This document shows positions 52,924 to 60,673 of a DNA stretch of 64,000 nt, in pieces; the stretch's first letter is position 1, and the number at the start of each line of letters is the position of its first letter. The notes beneath the pieces were generated by a model, which saw only the letters and a program-made list of their open reading frames with translations, was not told the DNA's origin and did not search any database. The stretch spans positions 260 to 64,259 of the forward strand of contig NZ_DATIGT010000191.1 of NCBI RefSeq assembly GCF_035481375.1, written 5' to 3'. This DNA is from Tahibacter sp. (GTDB taxonomy: Bacteria > Pseudomonadota > Gammaproteobacteria > Xanthomonadales > Rhodanobacteraceae). The position numbers and the translations under genes are program-made.

Positions 52924-53727
52924 ATGGAATCCAGCGAAAGTCCGCGCCGCAAGCCGCCGCACCGCGGCATCTATCTGCTTCCGAATCTGCTGACGACCGG
53001 CGCGATGTTCGCCGGGTTCTACGCCATCGTCGTCGCGCTGGCCGGCCGGCCCGAGGATGCGGCGATGGCCGTGTTCGTCGCGGGCCTCCTCGACGGTCTC
53101 GACGGCCGCGTCGCGCGCCTCACGAATACCCAGAGCGAGTTCGGCGTGCAGTACGACTCGCTGTCGGACATGGTCAGCTTCGGCGTGGCGCCGGCACTCG
53201 TGCTGTATGCGTGGAGCCTGTCGACGCTGCAGCAGCTCGGCCCGTTCTGGGGCAAGGTCGGCTTCGCCGCGGCGTTCATCTATGCCGCCTGCGCCGCGCT
53301 GCGCCTTGCGCGCTTCAACACGCAGGTCGGCGTCGTCGACAAACGCTATTTCCAGGGACTGGCCAGCCCTGCCGCCGCGGGACTCGTGATGTCCTTCGTC
53401 TGGATGATGAGCGCGAACGGTTTTGCGGGCTCCGACGAACTCGTGCAGCGCGTCGCGCCGGGCCTCGCAATCGCGGCCGGGCTGCTCATGGTCAGCCGCG
53501 TGCGCTATTTCAGCTTCAAGGCCTGGCCGCTGTCGGACCGCGTACCCTTCGTCGTGATTCCGACGGTCGTGCTGATTTTCGTCGCGCTCTACATCGATCC
53601 GCCGCTCGTGCTGTTCTCGATCGCGGCGCTCTATGTCGCGTCGGGCCCGTTGTTCACGCTGCTGGGCCTGCGCCGCCGGCGCGGTCAGCGCGAGCAGCCG
53701 CCGCGTCCGGAACCGCCGCCGCCGTGA
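52924..53727 (+). CDS. pssA: CDP-diacylglycerol--serine O-phosphatidyltransferase
   Basis: CDP-alcohol phosphatidyltransferase motif DGLDGRVARLTNTQSEFGVQYDSLSDMV. Polytopic. Confidence 0.9.
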   Translation: MESSESPRRKPPHRGIYLLPNLLTTGAMFAGFYAIVVALAGRPEDAAMAVFVAGLLDGLDGRVARLTNTQSEFGVQYDSLSDMVSFGVAPALVLYAWSLSTLQQLGPFWGKVGFAAAFIYAACAALRLARFNTQVGVVDKRYFQGLASPAAAGLVMSFVWMMSANGFAGSDELVQRVAPGLAIAAGLLMVSRVRYFSFKAWPLSDRVPFVVIPTVVLIFVALYIDPPLVLFSIAALYVASGPLFTLLGLRRRRGQREQPPRPEPPPP

Positions 53728-55415
53728 GCGCGACGACGGCCGGCCTGCTCGTTCGCGCCGCTACCGGCGACGACGCCCGTGCGTTCGCGCTGCTGGCGGA
53801 ACTGTCCGAGGCGCTGGCCGTGTCGCTCGATCTGCGGCGCACGCTGCCGTTCGCGCTGCAGCGCATCGCCGACTACATGGAAGCCGAAGCAGCGTCGCTG
53901 TTCCTGCTCGACGAAGAAACCGCCGAGCTCGAATGCAAGCTCTGCATCGGGCCGATCGACCTGCGCGGCCTGCGCCTGCGCCGCGACCAAGGCATCGTCG
54001 GGCACTCGCTGACCGACAAGGCCGTCATCATCGTCGCCGACGCGAGCAGCGATCCGCGCGTCTACAAGCGCGTCGACGAGCAGACCGGCTTCGTCACGCG
54101 CAGCCTCGTCTGCGTGCCGCTGACGACCGCGAAAGGCACGATCGGCGTGCTGGAACTCATCAACAAGCGCAGCGGCGAACCGTTCGACGCGACCGATGCG
54201 GGCATCCTGCGCCTGCTCGCGGCGCCGACCGCGATGGCGATCAGCAACGCGCGGCTCGCCAACGACCTCGTCGAACAGCAGCGGCTCAAGCGCGAATTCG
54301 ATCTCGCGCGCCGGCTGCAGAAACTGCTGCTGCCCAAGCGCCGGCGCGCCGGCTTTCCGCTGCTCGCGGTGAACCTGCCGGCGCACGAGATTTCCGGCGA
54401 CTTCTACGACTATTTCGACCTGCCGGACGGGCGCATCGGCTTCGTCGTCGGCGACGTCGCCGGCAAGGGGCTCGACGCGGCGCTGCTGATGACGCGCGCG
54501 GCGAGCCTGCTGCGCTGGGCCGGCAAGGACGGCCTCGCTCCGGGCGAATGGCTGCGCCGCGCGAACGAGGAGCTCTGCCAGACCACGCACGGCGGCCGGT
54601 TCGTCTGCGCCGTGGTCGGCTATTACACGCGCGCGACCGGCGATGTGGTGATGGCCGGCGCGGGGTTTCCGCCGGCGCTGTTCTATCAGGCCGGCACATT
54701 CGCCGAGTACCGCTCGGACGGACCGCCGCTCGGCATCGTCGTCGGCCAGGACTTCCACGAGACGCGGCTGCGGCTCGGCGACGGCGCGCTGTATTTCTTT
54801 TCCGACGGCGTGACCGACGTGCGCAAGGGCGAGGGCCGGCTCGGCCAGGACGGCGTGCGTGCGCTGATCGAGCATTACGCCGATGCGTCGCCCGAGGTGC
54901 GGCTGCGCGCGATGATTTCCGAACTGCGCCAGCTGCGGCTCGTCGACGACACGACGCTGCTGCTGCTCGAGGAAACGCGCGCACGCGCCGCCGTGCTGCT
55001 GCTGAGGCAGGCGTTTCCGGCCGAGGCCGAGCGCCTGCGCGCGATGCGCGCCGACCTGCGCCTGGCGCTCGACCGGGCCGGCGTGCCCGCCGATCTGCGC
55101 GACCGGCTCGTACTCGCCGTCGACGAGGCCTGCTGCAATATCATCCGTCACGCGTATGCGGGCGGCAGCGGCGACATCGTGCTATCCCTGCATCGTGACG
55201 GGGACGTGCTGGAATTCGAGTTGCGCGACGATGCGCCGGGTGTCGACCCGGAGCGCGTCACGCCGCGCGATCTCGCCGAATGCCGGGCCGGAGGGCTCGG
55301 CGTCAATTTCATCGACGCGCTGATGGATGGCTGGCGGCTGCAGCCGCGCGCTGGCGGCGTCGGCAACGTGTTGCGGATGTGGAAGCGCTGCCCGGCGGCG
55401 GAGGAAACGGCATGA
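53724..55415 (+). CDS. GAF - PP2C (SpoIIE/RsbU-type) phosphatase - RsbW-type Ser kinase (HATPase_c) fusion protein
   Basis: GTGA overlap with the pssA stop. GAF is SLFLLDEETAEL...GIVGHSL...VCVPL..KGTIGVLELINK. PP2C is HEISGDFYDYF...GFVVGDVAGKGLDAALLM...FFSDGVTD. Kinase is DEACCNIIRHAY, LRDDAPG, GGLGVNFI. Confidence 0.85.
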   Translation: MSATTAGLLVRAATGDDARAFALLAELSEALAVSLDLRRTLPFALQRIADYMEAEAASLFLLDEETAELECKLCIGPIDLRGLRLRRDQGIVGHSLTDKAVIIVADASSDPRVYKRVDEQTGFVTRSLVCVPLTTAKGTIGVLELINKRSGEPFDATDAGILRLLAAPTAMAISNARLANDLVEQQRLKREFDLARRLQKLLLPKRRRAGFPLLAVNLPAHEISGDFYDYFDLPDGRIGFVVGDVAGKGLDAALLMTRAASLLRWAGKDGLAPGEWLRRANEELCQTTHGGRFVCAVVGYYTRATGDVVMAGAGFPPALFYQAGTFAEYRSDGPPLGIVVGQDFHETRLRLGDGALYFFSDGVTDVRKGEGRLGQDGVRALIEHYADASPEVRLRAMISELRQLRLVDDTTLLLLEETRARAAVLLLRQAFPAEAERLRAMRADLRLALDRAGVPADLRDRLVLAVDEACCNIIRHAYAGGSGDIVLSLHRDGDVLEFELRDDAPGVDPERVTPRDLAECRAGGLGVNFIDALMDGWRLQPRAGGVGNVLRMWKRCPAAEETA

Positions 55416-55741
55416 ACGACATCGTGACCGAGCGGCACGGCAGTCTGACGCTCATCAAGCTCGCGGGCGAGGTCGACCTGTCCTGGTCGGGCCGCGTGCG
55501 CGACGCGATTCTCGCGGCGCTCGACACCGATTCGGTCGGTGTCGATCTCGGCGAGGTCAGCTACATCGATTCCTCGGGCATCGCGGCGCTCGTCGAGGGC
55601 CTGCAGACCGCGCGCGACAGCGGCCGGCGCTTCGTGCTCGTCGCGACGAGCAAGCCGGTGTTCGCCGTGCTCGAACTCGCGCGGCTCGACCGCGTGTTCA
55701 CGCTCGTGCCGGATCTCGCCGGCGTCGCGGAGGCGGGTTGA
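55412..55741 (+). CDS. STAS-domain protein (anti-sigma-antagonist / MlaB-like)
   Basis: ATGA overlap with the upstream stop. LIKLAGEVDLSWSGRVRDAIL...VDLGEVSYIDSSGIAALVEGL retains the DSSG phospho-acceptor context of SpoIIAA/RsbV. Confidence 0.85.
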   Translation: MNDIVTERHGSLTLIKLAGEVDLSWSGRVRDAILAALDTDSVGVDLGEVSYIDSSGIAALVEGLQTARDSGRRFVLVATSKPVFAVLELARLDRVFTLVPDLAGVAEAG

Positions 55742-56538
55742 GCGCCACGCCGGGCCAGCCTCTGGCGGCGCTCGGACGCGCGACCGTGCAGTCGGTCGCG
55801 GGCTTCGGCTATGCGGGCATGCTGCTCGCGGAAAGTCTCTGGTTCACGTTCTGGGGCTGGCGCCGCGGGCAGCCCGTGCGGCTTTCCGCGATCGTCGCGG
55901 AGATGCGGCGCGTCGGCGCCGACGCGCTGCCGATCGTCTGCCTGCTGTCTTTCACGATCGGCATCATGCTCGGCATCCAGTTCATTGCCGCGCTGAAGGA
56001 ATTCGGCGCGCAGTCGCAGGTCATCGTCGCCGTGGCCAAGTCCGTCACGCGCGAATTCGGCGCACTGATCACGGCGATCCTCGTCGCCGGGCGCTCGGGC
56101 TCGGCGCTCGCCGCGCGGATCGGTTCGATGACGGTGTCGCAGGAAGTCGACGCGCTCGCCGTCATCGGCATCGAGCCGGTGCGCTACCTCGTCGCGCCCG
56201 CGCTGATCGCGATGCTGATCATGCTGCCGGTGCTGACCATCTTCGCCGACGCCGTCGCGATCCTCGGCGCCGCGCTGTACAGCGCGCCGGCGCTCAACGT
56301 GACGCCGCAGGCCTACGTGATGCAGACGCTGTCGCTGCTCTCGCCGGGAGACCTGTGGCAGGGCATCGGCAAGAGCGCGGTGTTCGCCGTGCTCATCACT
56401 CTGATCGGCTGCAGCACGGGCTTCAGCGTGACCGGTGGCGCCGAAGGCGTCGGCCGCGCGACGACGCGCGCCGTCGTGCTGTCGATCTGCTACATCATCA
56501 TCGCCGACATGATCTTTTCGTACTTCCTCAACCGATGA
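55738..56538 (+). CDS. MlaE-family ABC transporter permease
   Basis: TTG start overlapping the STAS stop (TTGA). ...GADALPIVCLLSFTIGIMLGIQ..., REFGALITAILVAGRSGSALAARIGSMTVSQEVDAL. The TTG start is inferred; the N-terminal length fits the family. Confidence 0.85.
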   Translation: MSATPGQPLAALGRATVQSVAGFGYAGMLLAESLWFTFWGWRRGQPVRLSAIVAEMRRVGADALPIVCLLSFTIGIMLGIQFIAALKEFGAQSQVIVAVAKSVTREFGALITAILVAGRSGSALAARIGSMTVSQEVDALAVIGIEPVRYLVAPALIAMLIMLPVLTIFADAVAILGAALYSAPALNVTPQAYVMQTLSLLSPGDLWQGIGKSAVFAVLITLIGCSTGFSVTGGAEGVGRATTRAVVLSICYIIIADMIFSYFLNR

Positions 56539-57341
56539 ACGACGCCGGCTCGCCATTGATCGAGGTGCAGGGGCTCGAAGCGTGGTACGGCAAGCGCCGC
56601 ATCCTGCACGACATCGATTTTCGCGTCGATGCCGGCGAGATCCGCGTGATCATGGGCGGTTCGGGCTCGGGCAAGAGCACGCTGCTGCGGCATCTGCTCG
56701 GCCTGCATCAGCCCACGCGCGGCTGCATTCGCGTATTCGGCGTCGACATCGCCAGGGCCGGGCCTCGCGAGCTGCAGAAGGTGCGCCGGCGCCTCGGCGT
56801 GTCGTTCCAGGGCGGTGCGCTGCTGACCTCGCTGACGGTCGGCGAAAACGTCGCGCTGCCGCTGCGCGAACATCATGCGGACCTCAGCGAAAACCAGATC
56901 CGCATCATGAGCCGCATGAAGCTCGAAGTCGTCAATCTCGGCGGCTTCCACGATCTGATGCCGAGCCAGCTGTCCGGCGGCATGGTCAAGCGTGCCGCGC
57001 TGGCCCGCGCGATCGTGATGGATCCACAGCTGCTGTTCTTCGACGAACCTTCCGCCGGACTCGATCCGGTCGTCTCGGCCGAGCTCGACGAACTGATCCT
57101 GCGGTTGCGCGATGCGCTGCGCATGACCATCGTCGTCGTCACGCACGAACTCGAGAGCGCGTTCAAGATCGCCGATACGATTACCGTGCTCGACGAAGGG
57201 CGTGTGCTGATGACCGACACGGTCGACGCGGTGCGCCGCTCCGACAACGAACGCATCCAGGATCTGCTGAACCGACGGCCGCGCGAAGTCGTCGTCGATG
57301 CGGACGCCTATCTGCGCCGACTCACCGAGGAAGAAGCATGA
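56535..57341 (+). CDS. ABC transporter ATP-binding protein (MlaF-like)
   Basis: ATGA overlap. Walker A GGSGSGKST, signature LSGGMVKRAALARA, Walker B LLFFDEP. Confidence 0.9.
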   Translation: MNDAGSPLIEVQGLEAWYGKRRILHDIDFRVDAGEIRVIMGGSGSGKSTLLRHLLGLHQPTRGCIRVFGVDIARAGPRELQKVRRRLGVSFQGGALLTSLTVGENVALPLREHHADLSENQIRIMSRMKLEVVNLGGFHDLMPSQLSGGMVKRAALARAIVMDPQLLFFDEPSAGLDPVVSAELDELILRLRDALRMTIVVVTHELESAFKIADTITVLDEGRVLMTDTVDAVRRSDNERIQDLLNRRPREVVVDADAYLRRLTEEEA

Positions 57342-57354
57342 AACGGATTGCCGC

Positions 57355-58281
57355 GTGAAACGCGACCACGTCAATTACACCCTGGTCGGCGGCGTCGTGC
57401 TCGTGGCCCTCGCGCTGCTGCTGTTTACGCTGTACCTGATCACCGGCAAGCGCGGCGGCGAGGCGGACTATCACACCTACTATCGCAACGTGACCGGGTT
57501 GCGGCCCGGCGCGCCGGTGTTCTACCAGGGCTACCGCATCGGCCAGGTCGACGGCGTCGTGCCCGAGCGCGGCGACGACGGCACGCGCTATCGCATCGCG
57601 CTGAGCCTGCGCGCCGACTGGCCGATCCCCGAGGACTCGGTTGCGCGGCTGCAGTCGAGCGGGCTGCTCGCCGACGTCACGGTCGCGATCCGCGAAGGCA
57701 TGAAGAAGACGCCGCTGCCGGTCGGTGCGAAGATCAAGGGCGAGGAGAGCACCGACATCTTCGGCGCGATGAACGAACTCGCGGCCGAAGTCACGACGTT
57801 GACGCGCGACCAGATCACGCCGCTCGTGCGCAACCTGTCGCAGCGCGTGGATTCCATCACCGGCTCGCTCGACAAGAGCACGCCCGAAGTGCTGAACCAG
57901 GCGCGCGAACTGCTCGTGCGGCTGACCGAAGCCTCCGATTCGGTGAACGACCTGCTCAAGCCCGCCAACCGCGAGGCGGTCAGCGCGATCCTCGGCGACG
58001 TGCGCGCGCTGAGCCGCGACCTCGAGGCGAGCAGGATCAATCTCGACAGCGCACTCAAGGATATCGCCGCAATGACGCGAGACAACAAGCCCGGCGTCGA
58101 TGCGGCCGTCACCGACCTGCGCGCCGTGCTCGCGACCTTGTCGGGCCGCATCGACACGATCGTGCACCACCTCGACAGTGCGAGCCGCAACGTGGATGAA
58201 TTCAGCCGCGAGATCCGCAAGAATCCGAATCGTTTGCTGCTGGCACCGAAGAACGATGCGCCGGAGGAGTCCGAACGATGA
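57355..58281 (+). CDS. MlaD/MCE-family substrate-binding protein with a long helical C-terminal region
   Basis: I start at GTG 57355 (VKRDHVNYTLVGGVVLVALALLLF, TM anchor). MCE domain is VTGLRPGAPVFYQGYRIGQVDGV. The ORF track starts at 57298, inside the ATPase gene. Confidence 0.8.
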   Translation: MKRDHVNYTLVGGVVLVALALLLFTLYLITGKRGGEADYHTYYRNVTGLRPGAPVFYQGYRIGQVDGVVPERGDDGTRYRIALSLRADWPIPEDSVARLQSSGLLADVTVAIREGMKKTPLPVGAKIKGEESTDIFGAMNELAAEVTTLTRDQITPLVRNLSQRVDSITGSLDKSTPEVLNQARELLVRLTEASDSVNDLLKPANREAVSAILGDVRALSRDLEASRINLDSALKDIAAMTRDNKPGVDAAVTDLRAVLATLSGRIDTIVHHLDSASRNVDEFSREIRKNPNRLLLAPKNDAPEESER

Positions 58282-58883
58282 ACGCGGCGAAGGCCGTGCT
58301 GATGGCGCTGCTGCTGGGTCTCGGCGGTTGCGAGTCGGTGCCCGTACCCGAAGTGACCTGGTACCGGTTGCCCGATCCGGTGCTGCCGCCCGCGCACACG
58401 GCACGGTTCGCCGTGCCGCTCGACGTCGCGATCTTCAGCGCCGACGGCATCTACGCCGACCAGTCGCTGATCTACGCGCTCGACAAGGATGGACATGCGC
58501 TGCGCACGTATCACTATCGCCAGTGGAGCGATCCGCTCGCGCGCATGCTGCAGCGGCGGCTGATCCGTGTGCTGCGCGGCATCGACGCCGCACCGCAGGT
58601 CAGTGACCGCCTGCCGGCGAGCGCGAACGCGGTGCGTGTCAGTGCGGTGATCCAGCGCTTCGAGCGCGTCGAGGATGCCGGCGTGTGGCATGTCGACGTG
58701 GCGCTGCAGATGCGCGTCGAACAGGCGGGCACGCTGCTCGCCGAGGAGGTCTATGCCTCGCGTATCGCCGCGGCCGACGCGGAGATTCCCGCGACGATCG
58801 TCGCCTACGGCCAGGCGCTGGATCAGATTTATGCCGCGTTCGTCGCGCGGCTCGCGAGCCTCGGCGCGAAGGTGGCCGCATGA
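58278..58883 (+). CDS. ABC-transport auxiliary lipoprotein (DUF330/PqiC-like)
   Basis: ATGA overlap. Lipobox LLLGLGGC. Its size and its position after an MCE gene are typical. Confidence 0.7.
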   Translation: MNAAKAVLMALLLGLGGCESVPVPEVTWYRLPDPVLPPAHTARFAVPLDVAIFSADGIYADQSLIYALDKDGHALRTYHYRQWSDPLARMLQRRLIRVLRGIDAAPQVSDRLPASANAVRVSAVIQRFERVEDAGVWHVDVALQMRVEQAGTLLAEEVYASRIAAADAEIPATIVAYGQALDQIYAAFVARLASLGAKVAA

Positions 58884-59359
58884 GCGCGCTCGCACTGTCG
58901 CCGCACCGGCTGCGCCAGCTCGACGCGATGGGCGTCGTCGCGTACCGGCTGCGTTCGCGCGGTACGCCGGCACCTCCGGCGGCGGCCCTGCCGGAAGGCG
59001 ATGCGGTTGCGGCGGGCGACGCGAGCGGCGTGCGCATCGCCGTGATCTGCGAATCCGCGGCGGGGGCGAGTGCGAAGCTGCTGGCGGCCGCGCTCGGCGT
59101 CCCGGAAAACGCGCTGCACTGGCAGGCGCCGCGCGACGGCCGGCTGCCCGACCTCGATCAGAATGCCGCCGCGTTCCTCGTGCTCGGCCAGCCGCTCGCG
59201 CGCGTGCTCGGTGCGCAGCTGCCGACGGCGGCGCAGCAGGCGGCGACGATCATCGTCACGGCGGCGCCGGAAGAATGGCGCGGCAACGCGCTCGCGAAGC
59301 GGCTGCTGTGGCAGGCGCTGCGGCCGCTGCGCCGGCATCTGCGGGGGCAGTCGTGGTAG
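58880..59359 (+). CDS. DNA polymerase III psi-subunit-like protein (HolD-like)
   Basis: ATGA overlap. It lies directly upstream of rimI, as holD does in enterobacteria. The N-terminal RLRQLDAMGVVAYRLR and C-terminal NALAKRLLWQAL resemble HolD end motifs. Weak similarity judged by eye. Confidence 0.5.
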   Translation: MSALALSPHRLRQLDAMGVVAYRLRSRGTPAPPAAALPEGDAVAAGDASGVRIAVICESAAGASAKLLAAALGVPENALHWQAPRDGRLPDLDQNAAAFLVLGQPLARVLGAQLPTAAQQAATIIVTAAPEEWRGNALAKRLLWQALRPLRRHLRGQSW

Positions 59360-59361
59360 CG

Positions 59362-59835
59362 ATGCTGAAATCCGGCATGCCGGACATGCGTCCGCTGCGT
59401 CTGGAAGAAGTGCCCGACGTCGCGGCACTCGAAGCGCGCGCCTACGAATTTCCGTGGAGCGAGGGCATCTTCCGCGACTGCCTGCGCGCCGGCTACAACT
59501 GCTGGGTGCTCGTGCGCGACGGCATCATCATCGGCTATGGGATTCTGTCGGTTGCCGCTGGCGAGGCGCACGTACTCAATGTCTGCGTGTCGCCCGACGC
59601 ACAAGGCGAAGGCCACGGCCGCCGGCTGATGCGCCGGCTCATGGATCTGGCGCGCTGGCACAGCGCCGAACGGATCTTCCTCGAAGTGCGGCCGAGCAAT
59701 CCGCGCGCGATCCAGCTCTACCACTCGCTGGGTTTCAACGAGATCGGCCGGCGTCCGAACTATTACCCGGCCGCGCGCGGACGCGAGGATGCGATCGTGA
59801 TGGCGCTGGAACTGCTCGCGCCGGACGTCGGCTGA
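59362..59835 (+). CDS. rimI: Ribosomal-protein-alanine N-acetyltransferase
   Basis: GNAT fold: AHVLNVCVSPDAQGEGHGRRLMRRLMDLA...IFLEVRPSNPRAIQLYHSLGFNEIGRRPNYY. Confidence 0.88.
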   Translation: MLKSGMPDMRPLRLEEVPDVAALEARAYEFPWSEGIFRDCLRAGYNCWVLVRDGIIIGYGILSVAAGEAHVLNVCVSPDAQGEGHGRRLMRRLMDLARWHSAERIFLEVRPSNPRAIQLYHSLGFNEIGRRPNYYPAARGREDAIVMALELLAPDVG

Positions 59836-59841
59836 CGCCGC

Positions 59842-60132
59842 TCAGCGCGGCGGCGAAACCGGCTCGCGCACGACGACGAATTCGCCTTCGATGACGCCGG
59901 CCGGTGCCGGGCGATCGGCCTGCGCGCGCGGCGACGGGTCCGCGCCGGTCGCGTCCGGCCGCTTGGCGAACTGGCGCGCCGCCCAGACGGCTGCGCCGAT
60001 CGCGGCGAGGCCGAGCACGAGGAAGAAGCCGAACACGAGCGTGACGCCGATGACGAGGAGGCCCAGCAGCGTCGACAACGCCCGCAGCAGCGGGTGGCGC
60101 GTACGCGGCAGACGGAACAGGACAGCGGCCAT
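59842..60132 (-). CDS. Small membrane protein (96 aa)
   Basis: I start at Met21 behind GAGG. Two hydrophobic segments (LLGLLVIGVTLVFGFFLVLGLAAIGAAVW). Confidence 0.5.
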   Translation of the reverse strand: MAAVLFRLPRTRHPLLRALSTLLGLLVIGVTLVFGFFLVLGLAAIGAAVWAARQFAKRPDATGADPSPRAQADRPAPAGVIEGEFVVVREPVSPPR

Positions 60133-60170
60133 GGGCACCTCGACTCCGTGTGGCATGATGCGAAAGCCCA

Positions 60171-60542
60171 GTGTGGGGTTTTCCGGTAGCAACTCAAGTG
60201 CTTGAAGTCAGTGCCGATGCCGGCAAGGCGCTGTGCCGCCTCGACGAGATTCCCGACGGCGGCGCGCGCGCCGTCGACATCGACAGCAGTACCGGCGGAT
60301 TCAGCCTGATCCTGCTGCGCCGCGGCGACCAGGTTTTCGCGTATCACAACGAATGCCCGCACGCGGGACGGCGGCTCGACTGGGCGCCCGGCAAGTTCCT
60401 GATCAAGGACGGCACCGTCATCTGCGCCGCTCACGGCGCGACCTTCGACATCCCGACCGGCGCCGTGCTCGGCGGTCCGTGCCGGAACGGCCTCGCGCCG
60501 GTGCCGTTGCGGGTTGCGGGCGGCGTGGTGGTGTTGCCGTAG
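60171..60542 (+). CDS. Rieske [2Fe-2S] domain protein
   Basis: The motifs CPHAG and CAAHGATF are the Cys-x-His ... Cys-x-x-His ligands. The start may be GTG 60198. The stop codon TAG lies inside the GTAG head of the REP element. Confidence 0.85.
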   Translation: MWGFPVATQVLEVSADAGKALCRLDEIPDGGARAVDIDSSTGGFSLILLRRGDQVFAYHNECPHAGRRLDWAPGKFLIKDGTVICAAHGATFDIPTGAVLGGPCRNGLAPVPLRVAGGVVVLP

Positions 60543-60661
60543 GGCGCAATAACCAAAGGGGATTGCGCCATTCGCGCGATTCCGAGAGGTCTTCGCCTCA
60601 CGGCTCGCGTTTTTTTCGCCGTGCCAGATGACGGCGCAATGCGCTTCGCTTGTTGCGCCCT
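60539..60661. repeat. REP-like inverted pair, copy 3
   Basis: Left arm GTAGGGCGCAATAACCAAAGGGGATTGCGCC (60539-60569). Right arm GGCGCAATGCGCTTCGCTTGTTGCGCCCT (60633-60661). It lies between the convergent Rieske and DASS genes. Confidence 0.8.
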
Positions 60662-60673
60662 GCCGGTTCCGGG

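Noticed and set aside
57338-57358. Mini-ORF MKRIAA as a stand-alone peptide gene
   Set aside because: Six codons are too short to support a gene call. I mention it only as a possible translational relay between MlaF-like and MlaD-like genes.
58880-59359. Confident naming of this gene as holD
   Set aside because: Only position (upstream of rimI) and short end motifs support the call. Similarity judged by eye is weak, so the symbol is left empty and confidence is kept at 0.5.
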